Positions 38,918 through 49,796 are shown, counted from the stretch's first letter. The stretch is 64,000 bases of DNA from an uncultured Pelagibacteraceae bacterium (GCA_902531175.1 CACADE010000004.1:1106-65105), one strand, 5' to 3'. Notes: generated by a model not told the origin, from the letters alone. Translations and numbers: made by a program.

Positions 38918-40249
38918 ATGATTAAAAAATATTTTGGTACAGATGGAATTAGAGGAAAAGTTAATGGATCTAAAATAAATGGAGAAATGTTTTTTAAATT
39001 TGGCTTAGCTGCTGGGACATATTTTAAAAATTTAAAAAAAAGTAAACAAACAGCAATTATTGCAAAAGACACTAGACTATCAGGTTATACGCTTGAACCA
39101 GCGTTAGTGTCTGGATTGGCATCAGCGGGAATGCACATTTATACATTGGGTCCACTACCTACAAATGGTCTAGCAATGCTAACCAAAAAAATGAGAGCAA
39201 ATATGGGTATAATGATTACGGCATCACATAACCCATATCATGATAATGGATTAAAGTTATTTGGGCCTGATGGACTTAAACTTTCTGATAAAATCGAAAA
39301 AAAAATTGAAAAGTTAATTGACTCAAAGATTATCAAAAATCTCTCAAAACCAATTGAGTTGGGCAGAGTTAAAAGATTAGAAGATGCCAACGAAAGGTAT
39401 ATAAAAATATTAAAACAAAATTTTCCATCTTCATTTAGTTTGAAAGGTATTAAAATTGCTTTAGATTGTGCCAATGGAGCTGGATATAAAGCTGGTCCAG
39501 ATTTATTTAAATCATTAGGTGCTAAAGTATATAACTCTGGCACTTCTCCGAATGGATTAAATATAAATCTTAAATCTGGATCTACTTATCCAAGTAAAAT
39601 ATGTCGAATGACAAAAAAAAATAAAGCTCATATAGGAATTTCATTAGATGGTGACGCAGACAGAATAATTATCTGTGATGAAAAAGGAAAAATTATTGAT
39701 GGAGATAAAATTCTTGCAATGTTAGGTGAGAGATGGAAAAGAAAAAAGATTTTAAAAGGAGGTGTTGTTGGTACATTAATGTCAAATTATGGTTTAGAAA
39801 ATTTCTTTAAAAAGAATGGAATTAAATTTTTAAGATCAAATGTAGGAGATAGATACGTGAAAGAAAAAATGAAAAAAAATAAATTTAATTTGGGAGGAGA
39901 ACAATCTGGACATATAATTCTTGGAAAGTTTGCAACTACTGGAGATGGATTATTGGTTGCATTAGAAATTCTTTTTTCATTGAGAAAAAGAAAAAAAGCA
40001 AGCGAACTTTTTAATAAATTTAAACCAACTCCTCAAATATTAGAAAATATAGAAGTTAAAGATAAGTCAATTATTAATAGTCCAAAATGTAAAAAAGCAG
40101 TTAATGAAGCAAATAAAATAATTAAAAATAAAGGTAGAATATTAGTTAGAAAATCAGGTACTGAACCAAAAATTAGAATTATGAGTGAGTCGGAAGACAC
40201 AAGTTTAAATAAATTGTGCGTTAATATAATTAAAAAATCTATTCAGTAA
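38918..40249 (+). CDS. glmM: Phosphoglucosamine mutase
   Basis: FGTDGIRG, ITASHNP, DGDADR, GGEQSGH, RKSGTEP. Confidence 0.96.
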   Translation: MIKKYFGTDGIRGKVNGSKINGEMFFKFGLAAGTYFKNLKKSKQTAIIAKDTRLSGYTLEPALVSGLASAGMHIYTLGPLPTNGLAMLTKKMRANMGIMITASHNPYHDNGLKLFGPDGLKLSDKIEKKIEKLIDSKIIKNLSKPIELGRVKRLEDANERYIKILKQNFPSSFSLKGIKIALDCANGAGYKAGPDLFKSLGAKVYNSGTSPNGLNINLKSGSTYPSKICRMTKKNKAHIGISLDGDADRIIICDEKGKIIDGDKILAMLGERWKRKKILKGGVVGTLMSNYGLENFFKKNGIKFLRSNVGDRYVKEKMKKNKFNLGGEQSGHIILGKFATTGDGLLVALEILFSLRKRKKASELFNKFKPTPQILENIEVKDKSIINSPKCKKAVNEANKIIKNKGRILVRKSGTEPKIRIMSESEDTSLNKLCVNIIKKSIQ

Positions 40250-40250
40250 A

Positions 40251-41063
40251 TTGAAAATCAAATCTAAAATATTAATTATTGCAGGATCAGACTCCTCTGG
40301 AGGAGCGGGTATTCAAGCAGATATTAAATCGGTTACTTCTCTTGGTTCTTATGCTATGACAGCAATAACTGCAGTTACAGCTCAGAATACTACAGGTCTT
40401 AAATCTATAATACCAATATCAAGTAAGGAAATTTTTAATCAAATCGAATTTACGTCAAAAGACATTAAACCAGACTCAGTAAAAATAGGAATGCTGCATT
40501 CTACTGAAGTTATAAACTCAGTTTTAAAATCAATAAAAAAATCAAATTTAAAAAAAATAATATTAGATCCCGTTATGGTAGCCAAAGGTGGAACCAAGCT
40601 TATTGACAATAAAGCTATTTTAGTTTTGAAAAAAAAACTAATGAAAAAAGTTGATTTAATAACACCAAATATTCCTGAAGCAGAAATACTAACTAAAATT
40701 AAAATTAATTCTGTGCTGGATATGAAAAATGCTGCTAAAATATTATTAGATTTGGGCGCAAAGAATGTTTTAATTAAAGGTGGTCATTTAAGTTCTAAAA
40801 CCATGAAAGATATTTTCGTAAATAAAAAAGAAAGTACAATATTTACAAATAAAAAAATTAAAACAAAAAATACTCATGGAACTGGATGTACATTATCCAG
40901 CGCAATTGCAACATATTATGGATGTGGAAAAACTCTAAAGAAATCTTGTGAGTTAGGTATTAGATATGTAAACAATGCCATTAAGACAAGGCCAAACTTT
41001 GGAAAAGGGAATGGACCAATTAACCATTTAAATAGTTTTATAATAGAAAAGAAATTTAGATGA
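40251..41063 (+). CDS. thiD: HMP/HMP-P kinase (TTG start)
   Basis: [51 protein letters not shown]. Confidence 0.95.
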   Translation: MKIKSKILIIAGSDSSGGAGIQADIKSVTSLGSYAMTAITAVTAQNTTGLKSIIPISSKEIFNQIEFTSKDIKPDSVKIGMLHSTEVINSVLKSIKKSNLKKIILDPVMVAKGGTKLIDNKAILVLKKKLMKKVDLITPNIPEAEILTKIKINSVLDMKNAAKILLDLGAKNVLIKGGHLSSKTMKDIFVNKKESTIFTNKKIKTKNTHGTGCTLSSAIATYYGCGKTLKKSCELGIRYVNNAIKTRPNFGKGNGPINHLNSFIIEKKFR

Positions 41064-42349
41064 ATAATGTAGTCGTTGTTGGATCGCAGTGGGGAGATGA
41101 GGGAAAAGGAAAAATAGTTGACTGGTTATCCAGTGAAGCAGACGTTGTTGTTAGATTTCAAGGAGGACATAATGCTGGTCATACGTTAGTCATAGATGGT
41201 ATTACTTATAAATTAAGATTATTACCATCAGGAATTGTAAGAAAAAATAAAATTTCAATTATAGGAAATGGAGTTGTTGTAGATCCTTGGGCGCTTTTAG
41301 ATGAAATTGAAGAAGCGAAATCTAAAGGTGTAGAAATCAATGAAAATAATCTGATTTTATCTGAGGCTGCCACATTAATTTTACCATTTCATAGAGAGAT
41401 GGATGAAATAAGGGAAGACTCTGCTGGTAAATCAAAAATTGGAACTACTAGAAGAGGAATTGGGCCAGCTTATGAAGATAAAGTTGGACGAAGATCTATA
41501 AGAGTAATGGACCTTGCATCCAAAAAAAATCTAGAAAATAGATTAGCTGTAGTTTTAGAACATCATAATGCTATCCGAAAGGGATTGGGTAAGCCAATAT
41601 ATGAAAAAGATAAACTAGTTGAGGACTTATTAAAAATAGCCCCAAATATATTAAAATATTCAGCTCCTGTTTGGAGAAAGATAGATCAATTTAAATCAGA
41701 AAATAAAAAAGTATTATTTGAAGGAGCTCAAGGAATATTACTTGATGTGGATCATGGGACATATCCATATGTAACTTCTTCCAATACAGTAGCAGCTTCA
41801 GCAGCAACAGGATCTGGATGCGGTCCAAATTCAATAAACTATGTGTTAGGAATTACAAAGGCATACACAACAAGGGTAGGTGAAGGACCTTTTCCAACAG
41901 AACTAACAGATAATATTGGTAATCATTTAGGTGAAAAGGGACATGAATTTGGAACTGTAACTAGTAGAAAAAGAAGATGTGGATGGTTTGATGGAGTTTT
42001 AGTAAGACAAACAATAAAAATCTCAGGCATTGATGGAATAGCATTAACTAAATTAGATGTATTAGATGAACTTGATGAAATAAATCTATGTGTAGCTTAT
42101 GAATTAAATGGAAATAAAATAGATTATTTCCCTGCTGCTGTTGAGGATCAATTAAATGTAAAACCAGTTTACAAAACATTCAAGGGTTGGAAATCTAAAA
42201 CTCAAGGTATTAAAAAATATGATGATTTACCTAATAATGCAAAGATTTATGTAGAAGCTATTGAAGAGTTCATTGAGACAAAAATATCTAGTATTTCAAC
42301 AAGTCCAGAAAGAGAGGATACTATCCTTTTAATAGATCCATTTAATTAA
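41060..42349 (+). CDS. purA: Adenylosuccinate synthetase
   Basis: [36 protein letters not shown]. Confidence 0.98.
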   Translation: MNNVVVVGSQWGDEGKGKIVDWLSSEADVVVRFQGGHNAGHTLVIDGITYKLRLLPSGIVRKNKISIIGNGVVVDPWALLDEIEEAKSKGVEINENNLILSEAATLILPFHREMDEIREDSAGKSKIGTTRRGIGPAYEDKVGRRSIRVMDLASKKNLENRLAVVLEHHNAIRKGLGKPIYEKDKLVEDLLKIAPNILKYSAPVWRKIDQFKSENKKVLFEGAQGILLDVDHGTYPYVTSSNTVAASAATGSGCGPNSINYVLGITKAYTTRVGEGPFPTELTDNIGNHLGEKGHEFGTVTSRKRRCGWFDGVLVRQTIKISGIDGIALTKLDVLDELDEINLCVAYELNGNKIDYFPAAVEDQLNVKPVYKTFKGWKSKTQGIKKYDDLPNNAKIYVEAIEEFIETKISSISTSPEREDTILLIDPFN

Positions 42350-42397
42350 TATTAAAATTAATTTAATTAATAATAAAATTCAGCATATATTACCAAT

Positions 42398-44203
42398 ATG
42401 AACAATAAATATATTCACATATTTATTTTTTTTTTTGTTATTTTAATCAATCCTAAGCATGTATACGCTGTTGATTTATCATCAACTACTCCTGCAGATA
42501 ATGCAACACAGATTGCAGTGAATACTGGAATAGATCTTGTGTGGCTAGCATCAGGGTCTGTATCAGCAAATAACGGAAATGTAATTTTAAAAAAAACATC
42601 AGATGACAGCACTGTTGAAACTTTTTCAACTAATGGAATGTTTTTAGCTATGAGTTTGTCCGCTCCAGCAACAATTACAGCTACATTTGCTTTATCATCA
42701 AATTTAGATGAGGATACTGAATATTATATCCTAGTAGATAGTGCAGCATTTAATAATTTTGATGGTATTTCAAGTAAAACAGAATTAAATTTTAAAACAG
42801 TTGACAATAATAATCCTACTTTAACATCTTCTTCGCCATCTGATGATGCATCTAATGTTAGTGTATCATCAAATATAGTTCTTTCATTTAATGAAGCTGT
42901 AGATGCCGAAAGTGGAAATATTGATATAATAAATACATCAACAGGCGAAGCGATAGAGATTGATGTAACCGGATCTTTATTATCTGGAAGTGGAACAACC
43001 GAAATTACTATTAATCCCTCATCTAACTTAGAAAATGACACATCCTATCACGTAAAAATAGACTCAACAGCTTTTGATGATGCAGTTGGAAACTCTTATG
43101 CTGGTATTTCAAATACAACAACTTTAAATTTTACTACTGCAAAAGGACAAATTTTTAGCGATACTGTAAAAACTTTAGTAAAAAATCAAACAACAGCTTC
43201 AATTCAATCAATGACACAGTCATTAAATAGAGTAAATAGCCGTTTAAATTTTATAAGACCAATTCAAAATAGTAACACTTCAAGAAATAAAATAGCATTA
43301 AATTTTAATGACTCATACGCAAACAAAATAGTTGGTGCTTTAACTACTAACTTAATAAAATATGAAAAAAAGGAGAGAAAATTTGCTTTTTGGAGTGAAG
43401 GCAACCTCTCTTTTGGAAGAATAAACAACAAAGGTAAAGACTTGGGTCAGGATCTTAGCACGAAGGGTTTTACTGTAGGATTTGATAAAAAAATTACAGA
43501 TCTAAAAACTATAGGTTTAGCATTAAATCAATCTGAGCAAGAAACTCAAATTGGAAGTAATGATGCACATATGGATGCAACAGCAAAATCTTTATTAATC
43601 TATGGAAGCAACCAATTTTTTGAAAATCGATATTTCGAGGCTGCAATTGGATTTGGAGAAACAGAAATTGATATCAATAGAAAAGTATCTGGAGGAAATA
43701 ATAAAGGCCTCAGAGATGGAAAACAATTATTTGGGAGCTTCACTTACTTGTACGAACCACTAGAACAAAAAGAAAGTAAAAACTTAAATTATTATTCTAG
43801 GATTGATTTGGGTTATACTATATTAGATAATTATATTGAAAGTGGTGATGGTGATTCAATTAATTATAATGATCAAAATATAAAAAGTTCGTCATTATCT
43901 TTTGGATTTAATTTTTCAAATATATTAGAGATAGATCAAGGATTTATTACTCCTTTAATACAGTTTGAAATTGGTAAAAATAAAACAATAAATTCACTAT
44001 CAGAAGCTTATTATGTAAATGATTCCTCAACTATTTATGCTAATGCAATATCTGATCAAAATACATCACATGCAAAACTAACCCTTGGAATAGGGGCTGC
44101 GTTGGAAGATGGTTTAAATATAAGTTTCATGGTCGATCATTATAGAAATGATAACGAAGCATTTAATACTAGTTTAACTGCAAATATTAGAAAAGAATTT
44201 TAA
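42398..44203 (+). CDS. Autotransporter with two Ig-like (Big_5/SbsA-type) passenger domains
   Basis: Signal peptide ending VYA; two related domains (LSSTTPADNA / LTSSSPSDDA; LDEDTEYYILVDS.AF / LENDTSYHVKIDS.AF); beta-barrel with terminal Phe. Confidence 0.75.
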   Translation: MNNKYIHIFIFFFVILINPKHVYAVDLSSTTPADNATQIAVNTGIDLVWLASGSVSANNGNVILKKTSDDSTVETFSTNGMFLAMSLSAPATITATFALSSNLDEDTEYYILVDSAAFNNFDGISSKTELNFKTVDNNNPTLTSSSPSDDASNVSVSSNIVLSFNEAVDAESGNIDIINTSTGEAIEIDVTGSLLSGSGTTEITINPSSNLENDTSYHVKIDSTAFDDAVGNSYAGISNTTTLNFTTAKGQIFSDTVKTLVKNQTTASIQSMTQSLNRVNSRLNFIRPIQNSNTSRNKIALNFNDSYANKIVGALTTNLIKYEKKERKFAFWSEGNLSFGRINNKGKDLGQDLSTKGFTVGFDKKITDLKTIGLALNQSEQETQIGSNDAHMDATAKSLLIYGSNQFFENRYFEAAIGFGETEIDINRKVSGGNNKGLRDGKQLFGSFTYLYEPLEQKESKNLNYYSRIDLGYTILDNYIESGDGDSINYNDQNIKSSSLSFGFNFSNILEIDQGFITPLIQFEIGKNKTINSLSEAYYVNDSSTIYANAISDQNTSHAKLTLGIGAALEDGLNISFMVDHYRNDNEAFNTSLTANIRKEF

Positions 44204-44208
44204 TAAGC

Positions 44209-45099
44209 TTAATTAGCTGGTAATAGATTTTTTGATTTAGCAGAGTTCAGCATATGTTTTTGAAGTTTTTCAAAAGCTTTATTTTCAATTTGTCTTATTC
44301 TTTCTCTGCTTATTTTGAATTTCTTACTTAAGTCCTCTAAAGTTATTGGATTATCCGTCAATCTTCTAGAGTTAAGGATTTCTTTTTCTCTTTCATTTAA
44401 AATTTTAATTGAATCTTGAAGAAGATCCTTTCGTTGTTCCATTTCTTCTTTTTGTGCAAATTTAAGCTCTTGATCCATGTCATTATCAACGACCCAATCT
44501 TGCCATTCATCACCGTCTTCTCCAATCGGTGCATTTAAAGACTGTTCTTTTCCTGAAAGCCTTCTATTCATAGATACTACTTCTTGTTCGCTAACATCTA
44601 ATCTGTTTGCTATATCTTTCACGTGCTCATCACGTAAGTCACCCTCAGATCTAGGTGCAATTTGATTTTTTAATTTTTTTAAGTTGAAAAAAAGCTTTTT
44701 CTGAGCAGTTGTTGTTCCTATTTTTACTAAGCTCCATGATCTTAGAATATATTCTTGAATAGAAGCTTTAATCCACCACATTGCATAAGTTGCAAGTCTA
44801 AAACCTTTTTCCGGTTCAAATTTTTTAACAGCTTGCATTAAACCTACGTTACCTTCTGAAATCATTTCATTAAGAGGCAAACCATAGCCTTTGTAACCCA
44901 TCGCTATTTTAGCAACTAGTCTTAAATGACTTGTAACAAGTTTTTCAGCTGATTTAACATTTCCTGTAGTTTGCCAATTTTTTGCAAGCATGTATTCTTC
45001 TTCTGCATCTAGCATAGGGAATTTTTTTATCTGAGCTAGATAAGCTGCTAAGCCACCTTCATTTGAAAGAGTTGGCAAATTATATGTATTATTACTCAT
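44209..45099 (-). CDS. rpoH: RNA polymerase sigma factor RpoH
   Basis: HLRLVAKIA, EGNVGLMQAVKKFEP, ATYAMWWIKA, RpoH box QKKLFFNLKKLK. Confidence 0.96.
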   Translation of the reverse strand: MSNNTYNLPTLSNEGGLAAYLAQIKKFPMLDAEEEYMLAKNWQTTGNVKSAEKLVTSHLRLVAKIAMGYKGYGLPLNEMISEGNVGLMQAVKKFEPEKGFRLATYAMWWIKASIQEYILRSWSLVKIGTTTAQKKLFFNLKKLKNQIAPRSEGDLRDEHVKDIANRLDVSEQEVVSMNRRLSGKEQSLNAPIGEDGDEWQDWVVDNDMDQELKFAQKEEMEQRKDLLQDSIKILNEREKEILNSRRLTDNPITLEDLSKKFKISRERIRQIENKAFEKLQKHMLNSAKSKNLLPAN

Positions 45100-45142
45100 C
45101 GGAAGTATTTATGTAATAGAGAAATTTTTTTTTACAATCGTT

Positions 45143-46123
45143 TTATTTACTCAATTTTCTTAGTTTTTTTAAGATATCATTTAATTCGATTGGGATATTT
45201 GATGAAAATTCTAATCTTTCTCTTATCCTAGGATGGTCAAAACCTAACTGTTTTGCATGCAAAAATTGTCTATCTAGATTTAAAATTTTATTATTAAGAT
45301 CTTCATCAATGTTTTTAAATTTCTTAAATTTCTTTTTATATTTTTTATCTCCAAGAATGTTGTTACCTTTGTATGACATATGAACTCTTATTTGATGAGT
45401 TCTCCCAGTTTCTAATTTACATTGTATAAAACTAAAAGTTGGAACTTTATCATTCTCAAAAACTTCTAATGTTTCATAATGTGTAATTGCCTTTTTACCT
45501 TTGCTAGATGAGACCTCCATCATCTGTCTGTTTTTAGAACTTCTAGTTATGAACGTTTCAATAGTTCCTTTTTGGGGTCGTAATTTTCCCCATATTAAAG
45601 TTTGATAAACTCTTGTTATAGTGTGTTCAGAAAACTGAAGTGATAATTTTTCATGGGTTGAATTATTTTTTGCAATTACAATTAATCCTGATGTATCTTT
45701 ATCAATTCTATGAACTATACCAGGTCTAAGTTCATCTCCAATATCAGATAAATTTTTACTATCATAATTCATTAATGCGTTAACTATTGTATTATCGTAA
45801 TTACCAGCACCAGGATGCATTGAAATTCCAGAAGGTTTGTCAATTACAATTAAATCTTCATCTTCATAAATTATGTTTAATTTAAAATTATAAGGTTTTA
45901 AGCTTTGTTTCTTAGGTTCAACAATTTCAAGATCAATTTTGTCATTTAATTTTGTTTTAACTGAAGGGTCTATTATAATTTTCTCGTTAATTTTTAATTT
46001 ACTATCTAGAATTAAATTTTTTACTCTGGTTCTGCTTAACCTCTTATCATGATTTGCTAATATCGTATCTACTCTCTTGTTAATATCATCTTCTTTAATA
46101 ATAAAATTGATGAAATTTTTCAT
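45143..46123 (-). CDS. rluD: RluA-family pseudouridine synthase (RluD-like, with S4 domain)
   Basis: RPGIVHRIDKDTSG, LETGRTHQIRVH, RQFLHA. Confidence 0.9.
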   Translation of the reverse strand: MKNFINFIIKEDDINKRVDTILANHDKRLSRTRVKNLILDSKLKINEKIIIDPSVKTKLNDKIDLEIVEPKKQSLKPYNFKLNIIYEDEDLIVIDKPSGISMHPGAGNYDNTIVNALMNYDSKNLSDIGDELRPGIVHRIDKDTSGLIVIAKNNSTHEKLSLQFSEHTITRVYQTLIWGKLRPQKGTIETFITRSSKNRQMMEVSSSKGKKAITHYETLEVFENDKVPTFSFIQCKLETGRTHQIRVHMSYKGNNILGDKKYKKKFKKFKNIDEDLNNKILNLDRQFLHAKQLGFDHPRIRERLEFSSNIPIELNDILKKLRKLSK

Positions 46124-46136
46124 AAATTATTATATT
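46108..46136 (+). promoter_or_regulatory. Putative sigma70 promoter of tRNA-Arg, overlapping the rluD start
   Basis: TTGATG(46108-13)-N17-TATATT(46131-36). Confidence 0.45.
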
Positions 46137-46146
46137 AAATTACTAT

Positions 46147-46223
46147 GCGTTCGTAGCTCAACTGGATAGAGCGCCAGATTTCGGCTCTGGAGGTTCAGGG
46201 TTCGACTCCTTGCGGGCGCACCA
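46147..46223 (+). tRNA. tRNA-Arg (anticodon TCG)
   Basis: GCGTTCG/CGGGCGC acceptor stem, CCAGA-TTTCGGC-TCTGG anticodon arm, GGTTCGACTCC T-arm, encoded CCA. Confidence 0.93.
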
Positions 46224-47015
46224 CTATTCCCCCATATTAATAAGCGTTCCTTTTTTTTTTGCGACATTGAAAGAATAATAGAATAATGCAATTGATAATA
46301 CAAAGTAAACCCCATTCCAAATGAATGCATTGTAGATATTTTGAATGTCTACAGTTTGATTAATCAAAATATTTCTTGCTTCTTCGAAAATGTATACCAA
46401 TGGTAATAAGTAAGCTATTTTTTGAAACAATTCTGGCAATATTTCTATTGGATAATATATACATCCAAAAGGTGCTAATAGAAACATTGTGGACCATGCT
46501 ATATTTTCAAAAGAGGGTCCGTATCTCAATAGACCAGCTGACACAAGGATGCCAAGTGTTATTCCAAATAAATAAAGGCTCAAAAATAAAAAGAATAAAA
46601 ATATTCCTAAATCTAAAATAGAAATACCAAACAACGGAGAGGTTAAAAGTACTGCTGGTATTAAACCTATAAGAGCTCTTATTAAAGCTGTGGCAACAAG
46701 TGAAGTTAATATTTCACCAATTTTCATTGGTGCAATAAATAAATTTGTAAAGTTTCTGCTCCAAATTTCCTCAAGAAATAGCATATTAAATCCAATACTA
46801 GTTCTAAAAAGAAAATCATAAAGGATCGCGCAAGTTAATATAACTCCAACTGCATTATTATAATATGTTGTATGTGTAGCAAAAAAATTTGAGATAAATC
46901 CCCACAAAGTAATTTGAATAGTCGGCCAATAAACAAGATCCAAAACCCTTGGGAAAGATCTGGTAATTAAATAAAAATGTCTTAAAAAAAGACCATACAT
47001 TCTAGTTAAGCTCAT
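46224..47015 (-). CDS. ABC-2 type transporter permease
   Basis: Six hydrophobic segments; FLEEIWSRNFTNLFIAP, GCIYYPIEILP. Confidence 0.85.
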   Translation of the reverse strand: MSLTRMYGLFLRHFYLITRSFPRVLDLVYWPTIQITLWGFISNFFATHTTYYNNAVGVILTCAILYDFLFRTSIGFNMLFLEEIWSRNFTNLFIAPMKIGEILTSLVATALIRALIGLIPAVLLTSPLFGISILDLGIFLFFLFLSLYLFGITLGILVSAGLLRYGPSFENIAWSTMFLLAPFGCIYYPIEILPELFQKIAYLLPLVYIFEEARNILINQTVDIQNIYNAFIWNGVYFVLSIALFYYSFNVAKKKGTLINMGE

Positions 47016-47739
47016 TTTTACTCCTTGATAATTTTAAAAAAACTTCCTCAAGGTTTTTTCTGCCATGTTTATTTATTAATTCTTCAGGATTTCCTTTATC
47101 GATAATAATTCCGTCTTTCATCATAAGAATAGATTTGCAAAGCCTAGTGACTTCATTCATATTATGAGAAGCAAGAAGTATAGATATTTTTTTTTCTTTT
47201 TTATAATCTTCCAAAAAAGATCTAACAAAATCACCTACTTCTGGGTCTAATGATGCAGTTGGCTCATCTAGTAGTAATACTTTTGGTTCGTTGATTAATG
47301 CTTTTGCCAAACTAACTCTATTTTTTTGTCCAGATGATAATTCACCTGTAATGCTATTAAGTAATCCTCTCAATCTTAATTTTTCCGATAAAAATTCAAT
47401 CCTCTCATTAATATTATTTATTTTATATAATTTTCCATAAACAGTTAGATTTTGTTTAACCGTAAGTTTTTTTGGTAATTCAATATATGGAGATATGAAG
47501 TTTATTTGTTCCAAGATTTCAATTCTATTTCCCTCCAATTTTTGACCATTTATCAAAATTTCTCCACTAGTTGGTTTTAAAAGTCCTAATAGCATACCAA
47601 TAGTGGTCGTTTTGCCTGAGCCATTTGGACCTAATAGGCCTAAAATTTCATCTTCTTTTATGTTAAAGCTTATACCTTTGACGGCTTCATTCTTTCCATA
47701 ATTTTTTTTTATATTTTTTACTTCGACTAAATTTTTCAT
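47002..47739 (-). CDS. ABC transporter ATP-binding protein
   Basis: GPNGSGKTT, LSSGQ, LLLDEPT, SH. Confidence 0.92.
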   Translation of the reverse strand: MKNLVEVKNIKKNYGKNEAVKGISFNIKEDEILGLLGPNGSGKTTTIGMLLGLLKPTSGEILINGQKLEGNRIEILEQINFISPYIELPKKLTVKQNLTVYGKLYKINNINERIEFLSEKLRLRGLLNSITGELSSGQKNRVSLAKALINEPKVLLLDEPTASLDPEVGDFVRSFLEDYKKEKKISILLASHNMNEVTRLCKSILMMKDGIIIDKGNPEELINKHGRKNLEEVFLKLSRSKNELN

Positions 47740-48671
47740 TTTTTTGATGCTCTAAGAAGTCTATCGTTAATCACTAATCCAAAGTTTCGGTTTGGTATTC
47801 TTTGCACAGCTATTTTTCTGTAACCTAGCTTCTTAATTTTTCTCAACGTTTTATACAAATTTTTACCACTCTCCATCAGATTATTTGTCTTACTTAAATA
47901 AAAATAATTCTTATTATTTTCTTTTTTCTTCTTGATTAGGATAAAAGCCTCATCTTTTTTTATTTTCATTGCGTTTAATCTAATGGGTATACCTGGTGAA
48001 TAATGAACCCTCCCTCTTCCTGGAGAATTTATACTGGTTTTATTATGTAATTTAGTTTTTAAATTTGTTTTTAATTTTTTATTTAATATAGAAATATCTA
48101 AACCGCCCAATCTTAAAATTTGGGGTTTTTTTACTAAACTTATTATTGTGGATTCAACCCCAACTTTTGATCTTCCACCTTCTAGAATAAATTTAATTTT
48201 TTTTCCAAATTCATCATATACATCATCTTTTGTCACCGGACTTATCCCTTCAGAAATATTTGCGCTTGGTGCCGCTAAAGGATATTTTAAAGATTTTAAT
48301 AATATTCTAGCAGTTCGATGACTTGGAAATCTTACACCTAATGTTTTTTTGTTATTAGTAACGTTTTTTGAAATTTTGCTTTCATTTTTTAGTTTTAATA
48401 TAAAGGTAATCGGTCCAGGGCATAATGAATTATAGAGTTTATAAAACAAAGTATTTGTCTCACAATCTTTTTCCAAATCTTTAATATTATAATAATGAAC
48501 TATTAAGGGGTTATCAGAAGGCCTACCTTTTAATTTAAATATTTTTTTAGTGCCTTTATCAGAATAGGCATTAGCAGCTAATCCATAGACAGTTTCTGTA
48601 GGTATTCCAATACATTCGTTATTATTTAAATATTTTACTGCTTTTTTAATATTTGAATCATTAATTTTCAT
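47736..48671 (-). CDS. tsaC: Threonylcarbamoyl-AMP synthase (Sua5/TsaC)
   Basis: PTETVYGLAA, KGRPSDNPLIVH, PGPITF, AAPSANIS, GVESTI, SPG...HYSP. Confidence 0.93.
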   Translation of the reverse strand: MKINDSNIKKAVKYLNNNECIGIPTETVYGLAANAYSDKGTKKIFKLKGRPSDNPLIVHYYNIKDLEKDCETNTLFYKLYNSLCPGPITFILKLKNESKISKNVTNNKKTLGVRFPSHRTARILLKSLKYPLAAPSANISEGISPVTKDDVYDEFGKKIKFILEGGRSKVGVESTIISLVKKPQILRLGGLDISILNKKLKTNLKTKLHNKTSINSPGRGRVHYSPGIPIRLNAMKIKKDEAFILIKKKKENNKNYFYLSKTNNLMESGKNLYKTLRKIKKLGYRKIAVQRIPNRNFGLVINDRLLRASKK

Positions 48672-48691
48672 ATAATATTACAAACTATTAT

Positions 48692-48946
48692 ATGAATGAA
48701 AAAATTTTGCCAGATGATATTGAATTAAAATCTTTGAGTGAACTCACAGATATAGCAGATCGTTTAATTCAAAAATTAGAAAATAAAAAAAATTTGGAAG
48801 AATCCATTGAAGATTATCAATATTTAATAAAGTTAAACAATATAATAGAGAAAAAATTTCAAAAGGACTCAAAAAATATATCTGAAAGTACCAAGCTAAA
48901 AATAGACGAATTAACCTCAAAAAAAAATGAAAAAAAAATTAGTTAA
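48692..48946 (+). CDS. xseB: Divergent exodeoxyribonuclease VII small subunit
   Basis: Short helical protein with L..LI.KLE...LEESI..Y; xseB-ispA-dxs synteny. Confidence 0.6.
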   Translation: MNEKILPDDIELKSLSELTDIADRLIQKLENKKNLEESIEDYQYLIKLNNIIEKKFQKDSKNISESTKLKIDELTSKKNEKKIS

Positions 48947-49796
48947 AACTGTTAATGAAGTAAATAAATTTTTAAAAAATTACTTAGCAAAACAAAAAAA
49001 AACAGATCTAATTATACCTATTAAATATGGTTTATTTCCTGGAGGAAAAAAAATAAGATCTAAGCTTATTTTTGATGTTGGAAAAATTTTTAATGTAGAA
49101 AAAAAATATCTTTTATATTTAAGTTCAGCTGTTGAATGTATACACGCTTATTCACTAATACATGATGATTTACCGTGTATGGATGATGATGATATTAGAA
49201 GAGGCAAGCTAACTACACATAAAAAATTTGGAGAATCAACAGCAGTTTTAGCTGGAAACTCCCTTTTGACATTAGCGTTTGAAATTTTATCTGATCCAAA
49301 GTTCAATATAAATAACAATAAAAAAATATCCTTAATAAATCTAATATCTCAATCATCAGGACACCAAGGAATAGCTGGAGGTCAATTTTTGGATTTAAAT
49401 TATGAAAGAAAAAAAGTTTCTAAAAAAAAAGTTATAGATATGGAGATTAAAAAGACTGGAAAATTATTTTCATTCAGCTGTTTATCTCCAGTTATTTTGA
49501 CAAATAAAAAAGATCAAATTAAAAAATTCTCAATTATTGGTGAAAAAATTGGTTTACTTTTTCAAATTGCAGATGATTTAATTGATTATAGCAGTACATC
49601 AAAAACTGCAGGAAAAAAAACAAATAAAGATTCAAAAAGGGGAAAAGCAACATTAATAAGTTTACTAGGATATAAAAATGCTATTAAATATGCTTCAAAG
49701 CTAAAAAAAGAAATATTTAATAGTTTAGTTAGCTATGGAAATAATGCTAGCGATTTAAAAGAGACAATTGAATTTATATTAAGTAGAAATAAATAA
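48927..49796 (+). CDS. ispA: Geranyltranstransferase / FPP synthase
   Basis: GGKKIRS, HAYSLIHDDLPCMDDDDIRRG, GQFLD, FQIADD. Confidence 0.93.
   Translation: MKKKLVKTVNEVNKFLKNYLAKQKKTDLIIPIKYGLFPGGKKIRSKLIFDVGKIFNVEKKYLLYLSSAVECIHAYSLIHDDLPCMDDDDIRRGKLTTHKKFGESTAVLAGNSLLTLAFEILSDPKFNINNNKKISLINLISQSSGHQGIAGGQFLDLNYERKKVSKKKVIDMEIKKTGKLFSFSCLSPVILTNKKDQIKKFSIIGEKIGLLFQIADDLIDYSSTSKTAGKKTNKDSKRGKATLISLLGYKNAIKYASKLKKEIFNSLVSYGNNASDLKETIEFILSRNK

Noticed and set aside
20602-41063. thiE and thiD as a thiamine regulon with a TPP riboswitch
   Set aside because: Both are embedded in operons with no leader and no riboswitch sequence; their positions are ordinary.
46130-46330. 66-aa minus-strand ORF
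   Set aside because: Antisense translation of tRNA-Arg (GAPARSRTLNL is a typical tRNA shadow).
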